A DNA stretch of 64,000 nucleotides from Mobula hypostoma (Eukaryota): the NCBI RefSeq assembly GCF_963921235.1, contig NC_086106.1, positions 34,100,001 to 34,164,000 of the forward strand. The letters are read 5' to 3'. This document shows, one piece after another, positions 49,675-61,770 of this stretch (its first letter is position 1; each line of letters begins with the position of its first letter). The position numbers and the translations under genes were made by a program. The notes below the pieces were generated by a model. It worked only from the letters and a program-made list of their open reading frames with translations, searched no databases and was not told the DNA's origin.

Positions 49675-50520
49675 CACACTGAACGAACTCAGAAGGTCAG
49701 TCTATGGAAAAGAATAAAGAGTCGAAGTTTCGGGCCAAGGCCGTCCGTCAGCTCTGAAAAGAAAGGGGAACTTGCCAGAAGAAAAAAAGTTGGTGGGGGG
49801 CGGGGGAGTGGATATATACTAGGTGGAAAGTGATGGGTGAAACCAGGTGAGTGGGAAAGGTCAAGGGCTGGAGGAGAAAGAATCTGATACGAGAGGATAG
49901 TGGACCATAAGGGAAAAAATTAAGGAGGAGGGGAGCCAGGGGAAGTAATAGGCAGGTGAGAAGAAGTAAACGGTCAGAGTACGGAACAGTGGAATGGGGA
50001 TGGTGGGGATTTGTTTACCGAAGCGAGAAATTGATATTCATGCCGTCAGGTTGGAGGTACCCAGTCGGAATACGAGCTGTTGCTCCTCGACCCTGAGGGT
50101 GGCCTTATCTGGTCACAAGAGGAGGCCATGTATTGATACGTCCGAAAGGGAACCAAACTATAATTCATCTTTTCCACACGCTGATCTTTTACTTCTCACC
50201 TGCCTATTACTTCGCCCTGGGTCCCCTCCTATTTCCCTTTCTCCTATAGTCCATTCTCATCTCCTATCAGCTCCTTCATTCTCCAGTCCTTGAGCTTTTT
50301 CATGCACCTGGCTTCACTTATCACCTTCCAGCCGGCCTCGTTCCCCTCCCACCTTTTAAATTTGGCATCTTCCCCCTTCTTTCTTAGTCCTGAAAAAGGT
50401 CTCGTCCCATAACGTCGACTATTTATTCTGTTCCTTCGATGCCGCAATACCTGCTGAGTATCTCCAGCGTTTTGTGTATGTTGCTATGGATTTCCAGCAT
50501 CTGCAGACTTTCTCGTGTTT
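49675..50520. mobile_element. Head-to-head inverted pair of Penelope-like 3' ends
   Basis: Minus copy 49675-50150 ends the GIY-YIG ORF (GYLQPDGMNINFSLR*) plus tail; plus copy about 50180-50520 is the reverse complement of about 49675-49975 (e.g. ttctcacctgcctattacttc vs gaagtaataggcaggtgagaa). Confidence 0.8.
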
Positions 50521-52899
50521 GTGTTTAATTTATATTTAATTTTATGCTCCTTGAGAATGCTTATACAATACCGCGTACCAATGATGCTGCTGCAAGTATT
50601 TTCCATTGAACCTGTGCACATATGTTTGTGTGTATTTGGCAATAAACTTGATTCTGTGCGTTCTACTAAAGGCGTGGCCGGTTAGGCTAGCATCAATTTA
50701 CCAATTTACCATTCTTTTAGGCTTATGAAATATATTGCCTCTTTGTTATGAAGAGAAGAATTACCCACTGACACTTAGATTACGATCTGCAGTTGTGATT
50801 TTTAAGCCTCTAATTTAAGTGTTTTTCGCCCAGGTGCATTTTTTTTTCCATTAAGAATATTAGTTAGGGAAATCGGTGACGTCTGGTGGACGTTCGATTA
50901 ATTCAAATAAACTTTAAACAGGCGGAACTATCAATGGATATTCCAACTCCAATTTTCAGTTATTTACATTGACGTATCAGCAGCCTGAAGCTAACCTCGC
51001 TGATTCTTGAGCTGTGACCTCCCGTAAAAGGTACATTCAGGAACGGAGCTGAATAATTCGAGAGGGAGAGCCACGAGACGCAAAGGGTGGACTGACCAGT
51101 GATCATTCATGTCTGTTTGTTTTCAACTGTAGCAATCGGAAGGAAACTTATTGAGGTTGCACAATTTTCTCCATGGAGAGCTAGTTGTTCAATCAAGGAA
51201 CACGGCCAGGAAACAGGCAAATAAGAATTTGCCAACACTTTGCGGTGACAAACTGAAAGAACTGTTAATCCGAGAAACAAGTGTTGAATTAAAATTCAAC
51301 AGAGGCGTCTTTGGAGTGTCCTGTACTGTGTTTTGCTCTTTCATTCCGAAGGGAAAAAAAAGAGTCGTGGCTATGGAGAAAATAAATACCTAGTGCTATT
51401 CCTATCAGCTGGATTTCACTGTGCCGTCGTTGGGGTTTTCGCGAAACATGTAAAACACCCGAATCTTTACTTTATAAGAACGGGATCATAATCAGGATAA
51501 CAGTGTGAGGTTTCAAAATATATTGAGCAGAATGACTGGTCATTTGTGATTCCTGCGAATTCAAAAGTCAAATATGAATGTTGGAACAAAACGAGGAAGC
51601 ACAGATGTACAAAGGGGAAGTTGAATTAAATATCAGGTGAATATACAATTGTACTATTTAACTTCCGAACTCGCATAATACAATCGATGTCCATCGTACA
51701 GATTCCGGAACCCAAAGGGTAATTGGATCACTATTCGGCAGAAACCCTGCTGTTAATCCGATGGAGCTGTTAGGATTTATCAATCGTCTGTCAATTTAAC
51801 TGCCCACGTCGCTCCTACTTAGGTTCCCCGCCGACAAAGTTTAACAATTTTGAAACTTAGTAGCTCGAACTCAGAAATGACCCTGAGTTGAGCAATTTTA
51901 GATTCAATTTCGGTCTGAAGGTCACATTTCTACCTTTCAACTTTTGCCCCTTACTTTATCCTTCTTTTCTCTTGTGTCATTGATTTCTACCTACGTCCAC
52001 CTCAGCTTTACTGTCCACCTGATGCCACCTTTCAGGGCCATTTAGGCGTCCGCCGCTCCGTCCTTCCGCTTCCCTTCCATTTTTTACACAGTATGTTTCC
52101 CCTCTTTTGCAGGGAAAAATGTAAGTAGGTAACGCAAGAGTATTCTTGGTCATTCAACAAAACCATGGATGGCCTTTTACCATGGCACCACTCTCTTTTC
52201 CTAAACTCATATTCCTGATTCCATTGAGATCTCAAATGTCTATCGGAATTCTGTCTTTAATATTCCCAACATAGCAGCCCTCTTCATGGCTCTTCAACCT
52301 CTTATATGCCTGCCATTATGCTGAAGGTATTTCTTCACATCTTATCCTGAATGGCACTTAATGTGGCTGCGAATACTGGTTTTTGCCGAAGAACCGTCAT
52401 GCTTGATTGATTCTGAGTAGCTCCGCATGATTTTGTGTATTTGAAAGGTGTTAATTCACGTTGTCTATAATTTTGTGGTGTAAATGCCCAGTTTTCCTAA
52501 TGTCTCCTCATCACAACTCGAACTCCACTGAGCACAGCCCCGTCCTAAGATTCAATCGTGATATGCAGGCACAGGAATGGAATCAGGAAATGTAGTAGAA
52601 TATTATTACTTATTGGCAGCAGAATCCAACTCAAAATTGGTTGTGCTTCAGGTTAATTGAACCAGCGTCAGAACCAGATTTATCATCACTGAAAAACTGA
52701 GGTGAAATTTGTTGTTATGCAGCAGCAGTACAGTGCAAAGACATAAAAATCTGTAAATAATTCAAAAATAGAAATAACGAGGTAGAGTCAGAAGTCCATA
52801 GGTCATTCAAATATCAGCGAGATAATACTACTAGACCTCTATACAGTATTGCAGTCTTGTGGGAAAATGTTAATTCTTTGGATTTGAAAGGTCACTGAC

Positions 52900-54780
52900 T
52901 GATAAATGGAATAGAAGAGTTGTGAGGTTTGCCTTATGACGAAAGGTTGAACAGGTGAGACTTGTATCCACTGGACTTCAGAAGGGTAGCCGGGGAACAT
53001 TCGTAAAATGTAAGATTTTTTGGTTTCTTTAGTGCCTGGATGAGGACAGACTAGAATCGGTTGGATCTAAAAGGTAGCGATTGGGGATAAGGAAATGGTG
53101 GACTAAATAAATATTTTGCATCAGTCTTCAGTTTGGAATGCCCAAGCAGTATGCGGGAAATTTGTGGCGTCGGGGCAAAAATGCGTGCAGTTTCTATTAC
53201 TGGAGAGAAAGTGTTTGGGAAGCTGAAAGGTCTGAAAGTAGATAAGTCATTTGGACCAGATGGAATACACCCCAGAGTTCTGAAAACAGGTAGCTGAAGA
53301 GATTATGGAGGCATTAGTAATGATCTTTCAAGAATCACTCGATTCTGGAATGGTTGAAATTTGCATATGTCACTCCACCCTTCCAGAACTGAGGAAGACA
53401 GCAGAAAATAAATTGCAGGTAAGTTAGTGGACTTCAGTGGTTGGAGAAATGTTGTAATTGATTGTTAAGGATGTACTTTGTGGTACTTGGAGGGACATAG
53501 TAAAATAGGGCACAATCAGTATGGTTTCATTAAGGGAAAATCATACCTGACAAATCTGTCTGAGGCAATAAAAAGAAGGATAGTCAAAGGAGAATTGGTG
53601 GATGTCGTGCACTTGGGTACTCAGAATGCCTTCAGCAATTTTCTGCACATGATGCTGCTTAATAAGATAAGAGCCCATGGATTTTCAGGAAAGTTATCAG
53701 CTAGAGATTTGGCTGATTGGCAGGAGGCAAAGCATGTGAATAAAGGGAGCCTTTTCTGGTTGTCCGCTAGTGACTAGTGGTGTTGTGCAAGGGTCAGTGC
53801 TGGGATCACTTCATTTTACATGGTATGTCAAAGATTTGGGGATAATGGCATTATGTTTTTATGGCTAAGTCTTCAGATGATACGAAGCTAGGTGGATACA
53901 CACGTAGGGTTGAAGCTAAGAGGCTGCCGAGGGACTTTGATAGATTCAGAGAATGTGCAAAGAAGAGGCAAATAGAAGACAGTGTCAAGAAGTGTATAGT
54001 CATGCACTTTGGCAATAGATACAGAAGCATAGACTATTTTCTAATTGTGGAGAAAATTCAAAATATCTGAGGTGCAAAGGAGTCCTCATTCAGCTTTCTC
54101 TAAATGTAAATTTGCAGGTTGAGTCAGCGGTGGGCAATGCAAATATAATGTTAACATTTATTTTGAGAGGACTACAATATAAAAGAAAGGATATAATGAT
54201 GAGGCTTTATAAGGGATAGGTGAGACCTCACTGGGAATGTTGTGAGCAGATTTAGGCCCTTTATTTCAGGAAAGGTGTGCTGCGTTTGGAAAGGATTCAG
54301 AGGAAGTTGAGAGAATGTTCCCAGAAATGAAAAGCTTATCATATGAGGAGTGATTGGTGGATATGGGATTTGCTAGAATTTAGAAGAATGAGAGAAGATT
54401 GCATTGAAACCTATCGAATGTTGAAAGGGTTAGATAAAGTGGTTGTGGAACGATGTTCACTCTGGTGAGAGAGTCTAGGACCAAAGGGCACAGACTCAGA
54501 ATAAAGGGACGTCCATTTCGAACGGGTATGAGGAGGAGTTTCTTTCGCCAAATGATGGTGAATCTATGGAATTGATTGCCACAGGCGGCTGTGGACCCAA
54601 GTCTTTGGTTGTATTTCAGACGGTGGTTGATAGGTAATTGATTAGTGAAAGTATGAAAGGTTAAAGGGAGAAGGCCGGAGAATGGAGTTGAGAGGGAAAT
54701 GCATCAGCCACGATGAAATGGCGGAGCAGACTAGGCCAAATGTCTCCATTCTGCTGCTATGTCTTATGGTCCTATGGTCT
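52900..54780 (+). mobile_element. CR1 LINE ORF2 fragment (about 1.8 kb, decayed)
   Basis: NQYGFIKGKSYLTNL...ELVDVVHLGTQNAFSN, DDTKLGG, MHFG, CR1 3' UTR ending tcttatggtcctatggtct. Confidence 0.88.
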
Positions 54781-54879
54781 CAAACTAGTGATCATTATTT
54801 TAAAACCCAGTGCTGTCCTTTCCTGGCGGTGATGAACTTTTGTTCATCAATCTTTCTTATTGTTCGTCCAACTGACTGA

Positions 54880-55160
54880 TTCTCTCTCTCTCTCTCTCTC
54901 TCTTCTTCACACAAACATACAGAAACGCACTCTGTCTCGCTCTCGCACTCTCTCTCGCTCTCTCTCGCCCTCTCTCGCGCCGTCTCTCATGCACTCTCTC
55001 CCTCTTTCGCACTCTCTCTCTCACACACACACTCTCACTCTCACTTTCTCTCTCTCTCTGTTTCTCTCTCTCACACACAGACACACACACACACTCTCTC
55101 ACGCAAACACACTCTCTCACACACACACTCTCACTTACACACTCTCTCACACACACTGTC
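54880..55160. repeat. Compound (CT)n/(CA)n/(CTCG)n microsatellite running into an assembly gap
   Basis: Low-complexity TC/AC/CG dinucleotide mixture read directly. Confidence 0.95.
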
Positions 55161-55381
55161 NNNNNNNNNNNNNNNNNNNNNNNNNNNNNNNNNNNNNNNN
55201 NNNNNNNNNNNNNNNNNNNNNNNNNNNNNNNNNNNNNNNNNNNNNNNNNNNNNNNNNNNNNNNNNNNNNNNNNNNNNNNNNNNNNNNNNNNNNNNNNNNN
55301 NNNNNNNNNNNNNNNNNNNNNNNNNNNNNNNNNNNNNNNNNNNNNNNNNNNNNNNNNNNNNNNNNNNNNNNNNNNNNNNNN
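55161..55381. other. Assembly gap (221 N)
   Basis: Run of n. Confidence 1.
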
Positions 55382-57029
55382 TACAGATTAACTGACTCAG
55401 GCATCAAATACCACAGTTGCAATACCAAGTTTTAGGAAACTTGTGGTGTAAGGATAATAAACTGAAAAGTCAACATGGATTCTCTCTCTACAAATATTGT
55501 GAGCTGTGGATTATTTGCCACACTTTATGCTTTTGAGTTCAGCTGCACCAGGTCTGTTCAGAACTCATCTGCAGTACAGTTTACTTCTGACCAACACATA
55601 GAACATAGAACATTGTAGCTCAGCTCAGCAAATATGAATTGACTACTGCTGAATTCAAAGTATACTCAAAATCTTTTGTATAACAGCAACACAAAATGTT
55701 GTCAAGCCAAGTGGCCTCTGCAAGAGGCACAAAGAAACCTTATGGTGGATAGTTGTTTATCATATCCGCATTTTTATTTCATTTAGGGGTATGTTATCCG
55801 CGGGATGACTGTGCAGAATTAGTGGATTGATATCAGCTTTTCAATTGTGTAGAATGTGAGGGGTCTGCTATTTCTGAAGTTGAGAGGAATAAGACTGATT
55901 GCAGTAAAGTTCTAAGATGTTGGAACTTGATACATCAGAATGGAATAAAATCACACTGGTGTGGGATTCGATAAGATGACCTGTGTGAAAATGTGAAACA
56001 GGTTTCTATTTCTTTCCATTCACACAATATCAAAGGTATTGTCCAATGCTAAGCGGATGAAGGAAAAGATGAAATTCAGGCTTGAATTCATGAAATTCAG
56101 AATTTTTATGAATTTATCAGAAGCTCTGAGATAAATTGGATAAATGGACTTAGAAAACAAAAAAAAAGCGAACTTCGTGAATGCTCAGATTCTGCATTGC
56201 TCTACCAAGAGCGATTACTAGATGGGGTATTGGGGTAACATTTAATATTTTATTTCCCAGCCAATAAATCAGGAGCTGAAGATTTCAGAATAAATTATGA
56301 TGGTGTTCATGCTTTTCTGCTGGGATCCAATTAATATGAATTATTATCTTTCTAAAGACACGGATTATATTATTTTCCTGATTGTGGCCGGGAAGTTCAA
56401 TAAGCAATACGGATGAAACAGGCTGGGTTTGGATTGCAGATTTTCTCTCCCGAAGGGCATGAGCGAACCAAATGACTTTATACATTAATGTGGTAGTGTC
56501 TTGCAGTGCGCTGAAGCTAACATTAAATCAAAATTCTGGGAGGATTTAGTGTATTTAGTTACCATTGAAAGCATTCTGTTTCCTCATACACCAAGCAATG
56601 TTGCGGCAGTCTGACAAGTACAATGTTCGATGTGCTGTGTGTTCAGAGATAGTCTTCTACACTTCACTGTTGAATCACAGTCACCTTCCTATCAGCTTGA
56701 ATCAGTCTGGCCAGTCTCTCCTGACCTCAATTACCAGCAAGGCGCTTTCACCCACAGAACTGCCACTCACTGGAATTTTTTGTTTGTTTTCCCTCCATTC
56801 TCTGTAAACTGTAAATAACATTCTGCATGAAAATTCCAGGGATCCGTGGTACCTGAGGTACTTAAACCACCATGTTTGGCACCACTAATCATTCCACAGT
56901 CAAAGGCAATTACAGCACATTTCGTCATGATGGTTTGATGGTTTGTCTGCTTGTTTCATCCATTGAGTTGCTGCCACATAACTGGCTGCATAGATATTTG
57001 CATTAATGAGCAGGTGTATAGATGTAAGT

Positions 57030-58225
57030 ATTTGGCTAGACAGGGATAGACTTACCAATTTGATGGAGGCTATCGAGGAAGATACCAGCAAAGTTGATTA
57101 AGGTAAGGCAGTAGGTAACGTCTACATGGATTTTAGTGAGGCTTTTGATGAGATCTTGAATGGGAGGTTGGCTAAGAAGGTTCATTCACTTGTCAAAGCA
57201 GGATGAAATTGTAAATTGGATTAGACATTGGCCTCGCGGAAGAAACCTGAGAATGGTCGTAGATGGTTGCCTGAGACTTGTGGTTTTTTTGCAGGGATTG
57301 GTGCTGGGTCTGCTATTCTTTATTTTCTACTGTATATAATGATGTGGATGATAATGTGGTGAACTGGATGAGCAAAAATTGTGGCAGACACCGCGATTCC
57401 GGGTGTAGTGGACAGCGAGGAAAGCTATCAAAGCTTGCAGTGGCATCTGGACCAAATGGATTAGTAAGATGAAAATGGCAGATGACATCAATGCAGATAA
57501 ATGTGAGGCATTGCATTTTGGGAGCACCAAAACAACGTAGTACTTGCACGATGAGTTGTAGGACATTGTGGTGTTGGTAGAACAGAGCGTCTGGGAACAC
57601 AGATCAATAAATCCTTGCAGGTGGTCACTGATAGATGGGGCCATCAATAGAGCTTTTGGCACATTGACTTCCATAAATCAAAGTACTGAGTATAGGAGTT
57701 GGGATGTTATGTTAAAGTTCTATAAGACAATGGTGACGAGTATTGTGTACAGGTCTGGTCACCTACCTAAAAGAAATATGTCAATAAGTTTGAAATAGTG
57801 CAGAAAAAATGACAAGGATATTGCTAGAACTTGAGGACCTCAGTTATGAGGAAAGGTTAAATAGGTTAGGACTTTATTCACTGGAGCACAGGAGCGGGAG
57901 GCGGGATTTGATGGAGGTATATCACATTGTGAGGGTATAGATAGGATAAATGCAATCACACTTTCTCAACTGCATATGGCTGAGACTAGAACTAATGAGT
58001 TGAGGGTGAAAGCTGAAATTTTAAGGGGAAAATGAAGGGGAATGCCTTCATTCAGAGTGTGGTGCCAGTGTAAACCTTTTCAATACTTAGGGGAAATTTT
58101 GATAGAACATGGATGACTATAGGGGTATGCAGGACTATGGAGTGTAGATCAATGGGATTAGGTAGGTTAATAGATCGGCACAGAATAGTTGGGCCAAATG
58201 GCCTGTTTCTCTGCTGTAGTGTTCG
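57030..58225 (+). mobile_element. CR1 LINE 3' fragment (decayed)
   Basis: YMDFSEAFDEILNGRL-like RT motif, LKFYKTMV, CR1 3' UTR. Confidence 0.85.
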
Positions 58226-58269
58226 ATAATTTTATATCTGGTCTGACAACTGCTCTGCAAATTACTCTA

Positions 58270-58500
58270 GAAAGAACATAGTAAGTCAGGCCATCACAAA
58301 AACCAAGGTCCCCTCCATGTCCATACTTCTCACTGCTTCAGTAAAGCAGCCTGCATAATCAAAGACCTCACCCACCCCGGAATTATCTTTTCTCCCCACT
58401 GCCGTGGGGCAGAAGATGCAACAGCTTGAAAGCACGTAACACCAGACTAAGGACAACTTCTATCCCACTGTTATCAGACTCTTAAACAGACCTGATGGAG
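58270..58500 (+). mobile_element. Rex1/Babar 3' fragment
   Basis: AACIIKDLTHPGIIFSPLPWGRRCNSLKARNTRLRTTSIP-like end. Confidence 0.65.
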
Positions 58501-59249
58501 TCTGGGACTTGTATTCTACCTTGTTATAATCATTCACTTCATCGTCTACAGGCGCTTTTTCGTCAACGTTCACACTTTACTCTACATTATCATTGATTTA
58601 CCTGATTCTAGCTCAATTCACTATGCAGTGTCCTCATCCGTATATACCGTACTGGCCTTTCATTGTATCTGGGTACGTATGACAAGAATAAACCAATACC
58701 AATACGAATAATGATTTTATATTCCTCAATCGCCACTGTTAGAATGCAGCTCATGTTCGTGTCTGTTAGTCCAGTAACTTAACTACCATGAAATTAACAC
58801 TGTCTATGCTATCAAAGCTCACTCATTATTTTTCACTCACAATTATCACCACCCTAATATCCCTAGGTCCTATCCCGGCACACTCTTCTGGGCAGCTGCT
58901 GCACCTCTTCTCCCTAAAATATTTTTTCAATCCCTCTTCCGTCTATAAAATGTGCCAGATCACCACAGAATCGTTCCTCACTGAGAATAAGAACGTCTAT
59001 TTATTTGTCTCTACTTCTTCCTTCTCACCCATTCAGGGAAAAAAAGTCTTTCTAAGGTTGGAGAACCACAATGCGACAAAACGCATCCTCATTTCCCGCA
59101 CTCGCAGTTTGTCTTTCGGTTCTCCGTTGTCTTCGCACATGAACAACCATCTTAACGTTGCTCAAGATGAATCATATTTTACTGTCTCAATCCTAATAGT
59201 ACTAAACTTCTCAGCGCCATCTATCTTTCGAACAGTTTAAAAGCTTATT

Positions 59250-59655
59250 TTTCGAGTTAAATAATGGACGGCGGCAATTCGATGTGTTGGAACCGAGACG
59301 ATACAATGAAGTGGGCCCATCACCGAGAGCAAGGAAGACTCGAGGTTCGGTCGATTTAAGCGCCGGGCCGGAACTGAAAGGTCGGGTACGGACCGACTCG
59401 AAGCGGCGGGGTTCAGGTCCCAGAATGGGCTGAAGCGACTGAACCCATTGTTTGGACGATTTATGCACCGGGACAGATTGAAAATGCCAGGGTGTTGCGG
59501 TTTGAGGCAAGGGTCGGGCCGGTTGAGTTCGCTGTTCCGCTCTGCGCTGACTGGCTCAGGCTGCTGCGTGGCCCGTATGCACAACAATAAATCAGTTTAA
59601 GGGTCTGTGGACAGGACTGTCTTTGTGAACTTCAGTTCAGAACGCAATTTGTTTG
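59250..59655 (+). repeat. GC-rich interspersed repeat with two internal about 45-bp sub-repeats
   Basis: gttcggtcgatttaagcgccgggccggaactgaaaggtcggg (about 59344-59385) vs gtttggacgatttatgcaccgggacagattgaaaatgccaggg (about 59450-59492); family not identified. Confidence 0.5.
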
Positions 59656-59659
59656 CGTT

Positions 59660-59990
59660 TATTGTTTTCATAGAGACATAGGAAACTTACAGCACAATAC
59701 AGGCCCTTTAGCCCACAAAGTTCTGCTGAACATGTCCCTACCTTAGAAATTACCAGGCTTACCCTCTATTTCTCTAAGCTCCATGTACCTATCCAAAAGT
59801 CTCTTAAAAGACCCTATCATATCCGCCTTCACCACCGTTGCCGGCAGCTCATTCCACGCACTCAGAGCTCTCTGCGTAAAACACTAACCCCTGACATCTC
59901 CTCTGTAGCTACTCCACAGCACCTTAAACCTGTGCGCTCTTGTGACAACCAATTCAGCCCTAGGGGAAGTAAAACAAAGCCTCTGACTAT
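59660..59990 (-). mobile_element. CR1 3' end
   Basis: catagagacataggaaacttacagcacaatacaggccct...ctcattccacgcactc; near-identical family member at 61450-61770. Confidence 0.8.
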
Positions 59991-61449
59991 CCACACGATC
60001 AATGATTTGAATGCTTTACTGATTTATCTCTCCCTCTCTCTCTCTGCACATTGGGTGTTTGATTGTTTACCTTTCTTTGTTTCGGGGCTGCCTTTTAAGA
60101 GACGAATCTTAAGTGTATATAATATATATAGAGTTTAAATAATGTAATTTGAACTTTTGCAATTTTTATTAAAACCAAAGGGACAATTAGGCTCAGGTCG
60201 GATGTCAGATAGGAGAAAATGTGAGACTTTACAGCAGGCAGAGCAGATGGATAAATGTAGATGGCTGGAATGCTAAGCTAAATGTGCTTCTATCTGAACT
60301 CGACAAGTCTAACTTGCAAGCCAGATAGATTGTTAGCGTTAATTGCACGGTTCTAAACCAGGAAGCACGACACAATCAGCAATTTACACAATTTGGCTCA
60401 CAACACTACCTATTCACTTCAAATAACATAAAGTGAAATGTTATTTCACGTTATCTGTGCGGACATTTGCCGATGCTATTTCTTTGTTAATAAGGAATGA
60501 ATAAATTAATAAAACTAATTAACTTTATTGCGAAAGTGGAGTCTTTGCAATCGTTTTGTAATAACCTTCATTCAAATTACTTTCAACGGTGTAAAATTTC
60601 GGGTTACTTCAGCAACAGGCCCAGTTCACGGCAAGACGATTTGATTGACTCTAAGTCTTAAGGATCAGAGCTTCACGATTGCATACATTGATTGAATCAC
60701 CGCCTTGCTTTTTTTCCCACACAACATGCAGCTTTAATTTTTACTGTGGAAAGTTTTATTAATATCCAGTGGAGCAAAGTAAAATGCATGCGGAGACGTG
60801 TGAGATTTAAACCAGAATTTTCTGTAAAAAAAAAGTCAATCGGCATTGAACACTTTTATTGCATTCTCTTTGTTGACATTCTAGCAGGAATTTGCTACAA
60901 GTGAGGAAAATGATATCGTTCAGAACAGCGATAAGGATATAATCTGTTGAAGAGAGCATTTATTATTCCCCTTGACTTTAATTCCTCGGGAGAATTAACG
61001 GAGGTTATGCGTTGATGGTAAATGATATTGGGATATTTGGAATTAAGGTGCAGGAATTGAATTGATATAGAAACACATAGTCCGAATGTAATTGGCAATG
61101 ACCGAATTATACCTGATGTGTCAACATTACAGTAACGTAACTTCATTACTTCAAATCATTTGCAATATTATTATTGATGGTATCAAAACCCAGCCTACAC
61201 AGGGAGAAGCCAGATCAGAACAACAACCTGACTATAATCGCAGGAACTTACGTCATTCAGGTTCTGATATTGATTGTCCTGTGTTCTTTCAGGGATGTAA
61301 GGCTTTGATTCTGACTTGAATGGATGTAGATTTTACTCATGTTACTACACTGACGGGATGTGCTCTCCACTGAGTGTGATTTATTCGAACGGCCCAAAGT
61401 CATCTGCAGGACATGCGTTCTCCAGTTACTAAGTAATTGTGGAAATTCA

Positions 61450-61770
61450 AAGTGTAAACGAAGAACAGAGAAACATAGAACATAGAAATTTACGGCAGAT
61501 TACAGACCCTTCGGCCCACAATGTTGAGCTGACCATGTAAACTACCCTAGACACTGCCGAGATTTTCCCGAGCGCATAGCCCTCTATTTTTCTAAGCTCC
61601 ATGTACCTATCTAAGAGGCTCTTTAAAAGACCCTACTGTATCCACTTCTACCACGCCAAAAGCAATGCATTCCACATACCTACCACTCTCTGTGTGGAAA
61701 AACTTACTCCTGACATCCCCACGGTACCATTTCCAAGCACTTTAAAACTATGCCGCCTCGTGTTAGGCAC
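61450..61770 (-). mobile_element. CR1 3' end
   Basis: aaacatagaacatagaaatttacggcagattacagacccttcggcccacaatgttg...; same subfamily as 59660-59990. Confidence 0.8.

Larger units (their letters stand above)
44150..53200. promoter_or_regulatory. CpG-non-depleted, AT-rich block (putative unmethylated regulatory domain)
   Basis: Hand counts: about 27 CpG in 44101-44820 and 49 in 48121-49500, versus 3 in 9001-9960 at similar GC content. Confidence 0.6.

Noticed and set aside
51151-51393. 80-aa plus ORF following a good acceptor at about 51131
   Set aside because: No recognisable homology; more parsimoniously part of a non-coding regulatory segment.
54857-55435. ORFs of 99-191 aa
   Set aside because: Translations of microsatellite and N gap.
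58788-59240. 150-aa plus ORF with ATG
   Set aside because: Low-complexity S/L/F/T-rich composition from pyrimidine-rich DNA; no domain or splice support.
60884-61320. Short coding-looking pieces (QEFATSEENDIVQNSDKDIIC* on +; SESKPYIPERTQDNQYQNLND on -)
   Set aside because: Too short, weak or absent acceptor, no partner exons; the YQNL similarity to immunoreceptor motifs is not significant.
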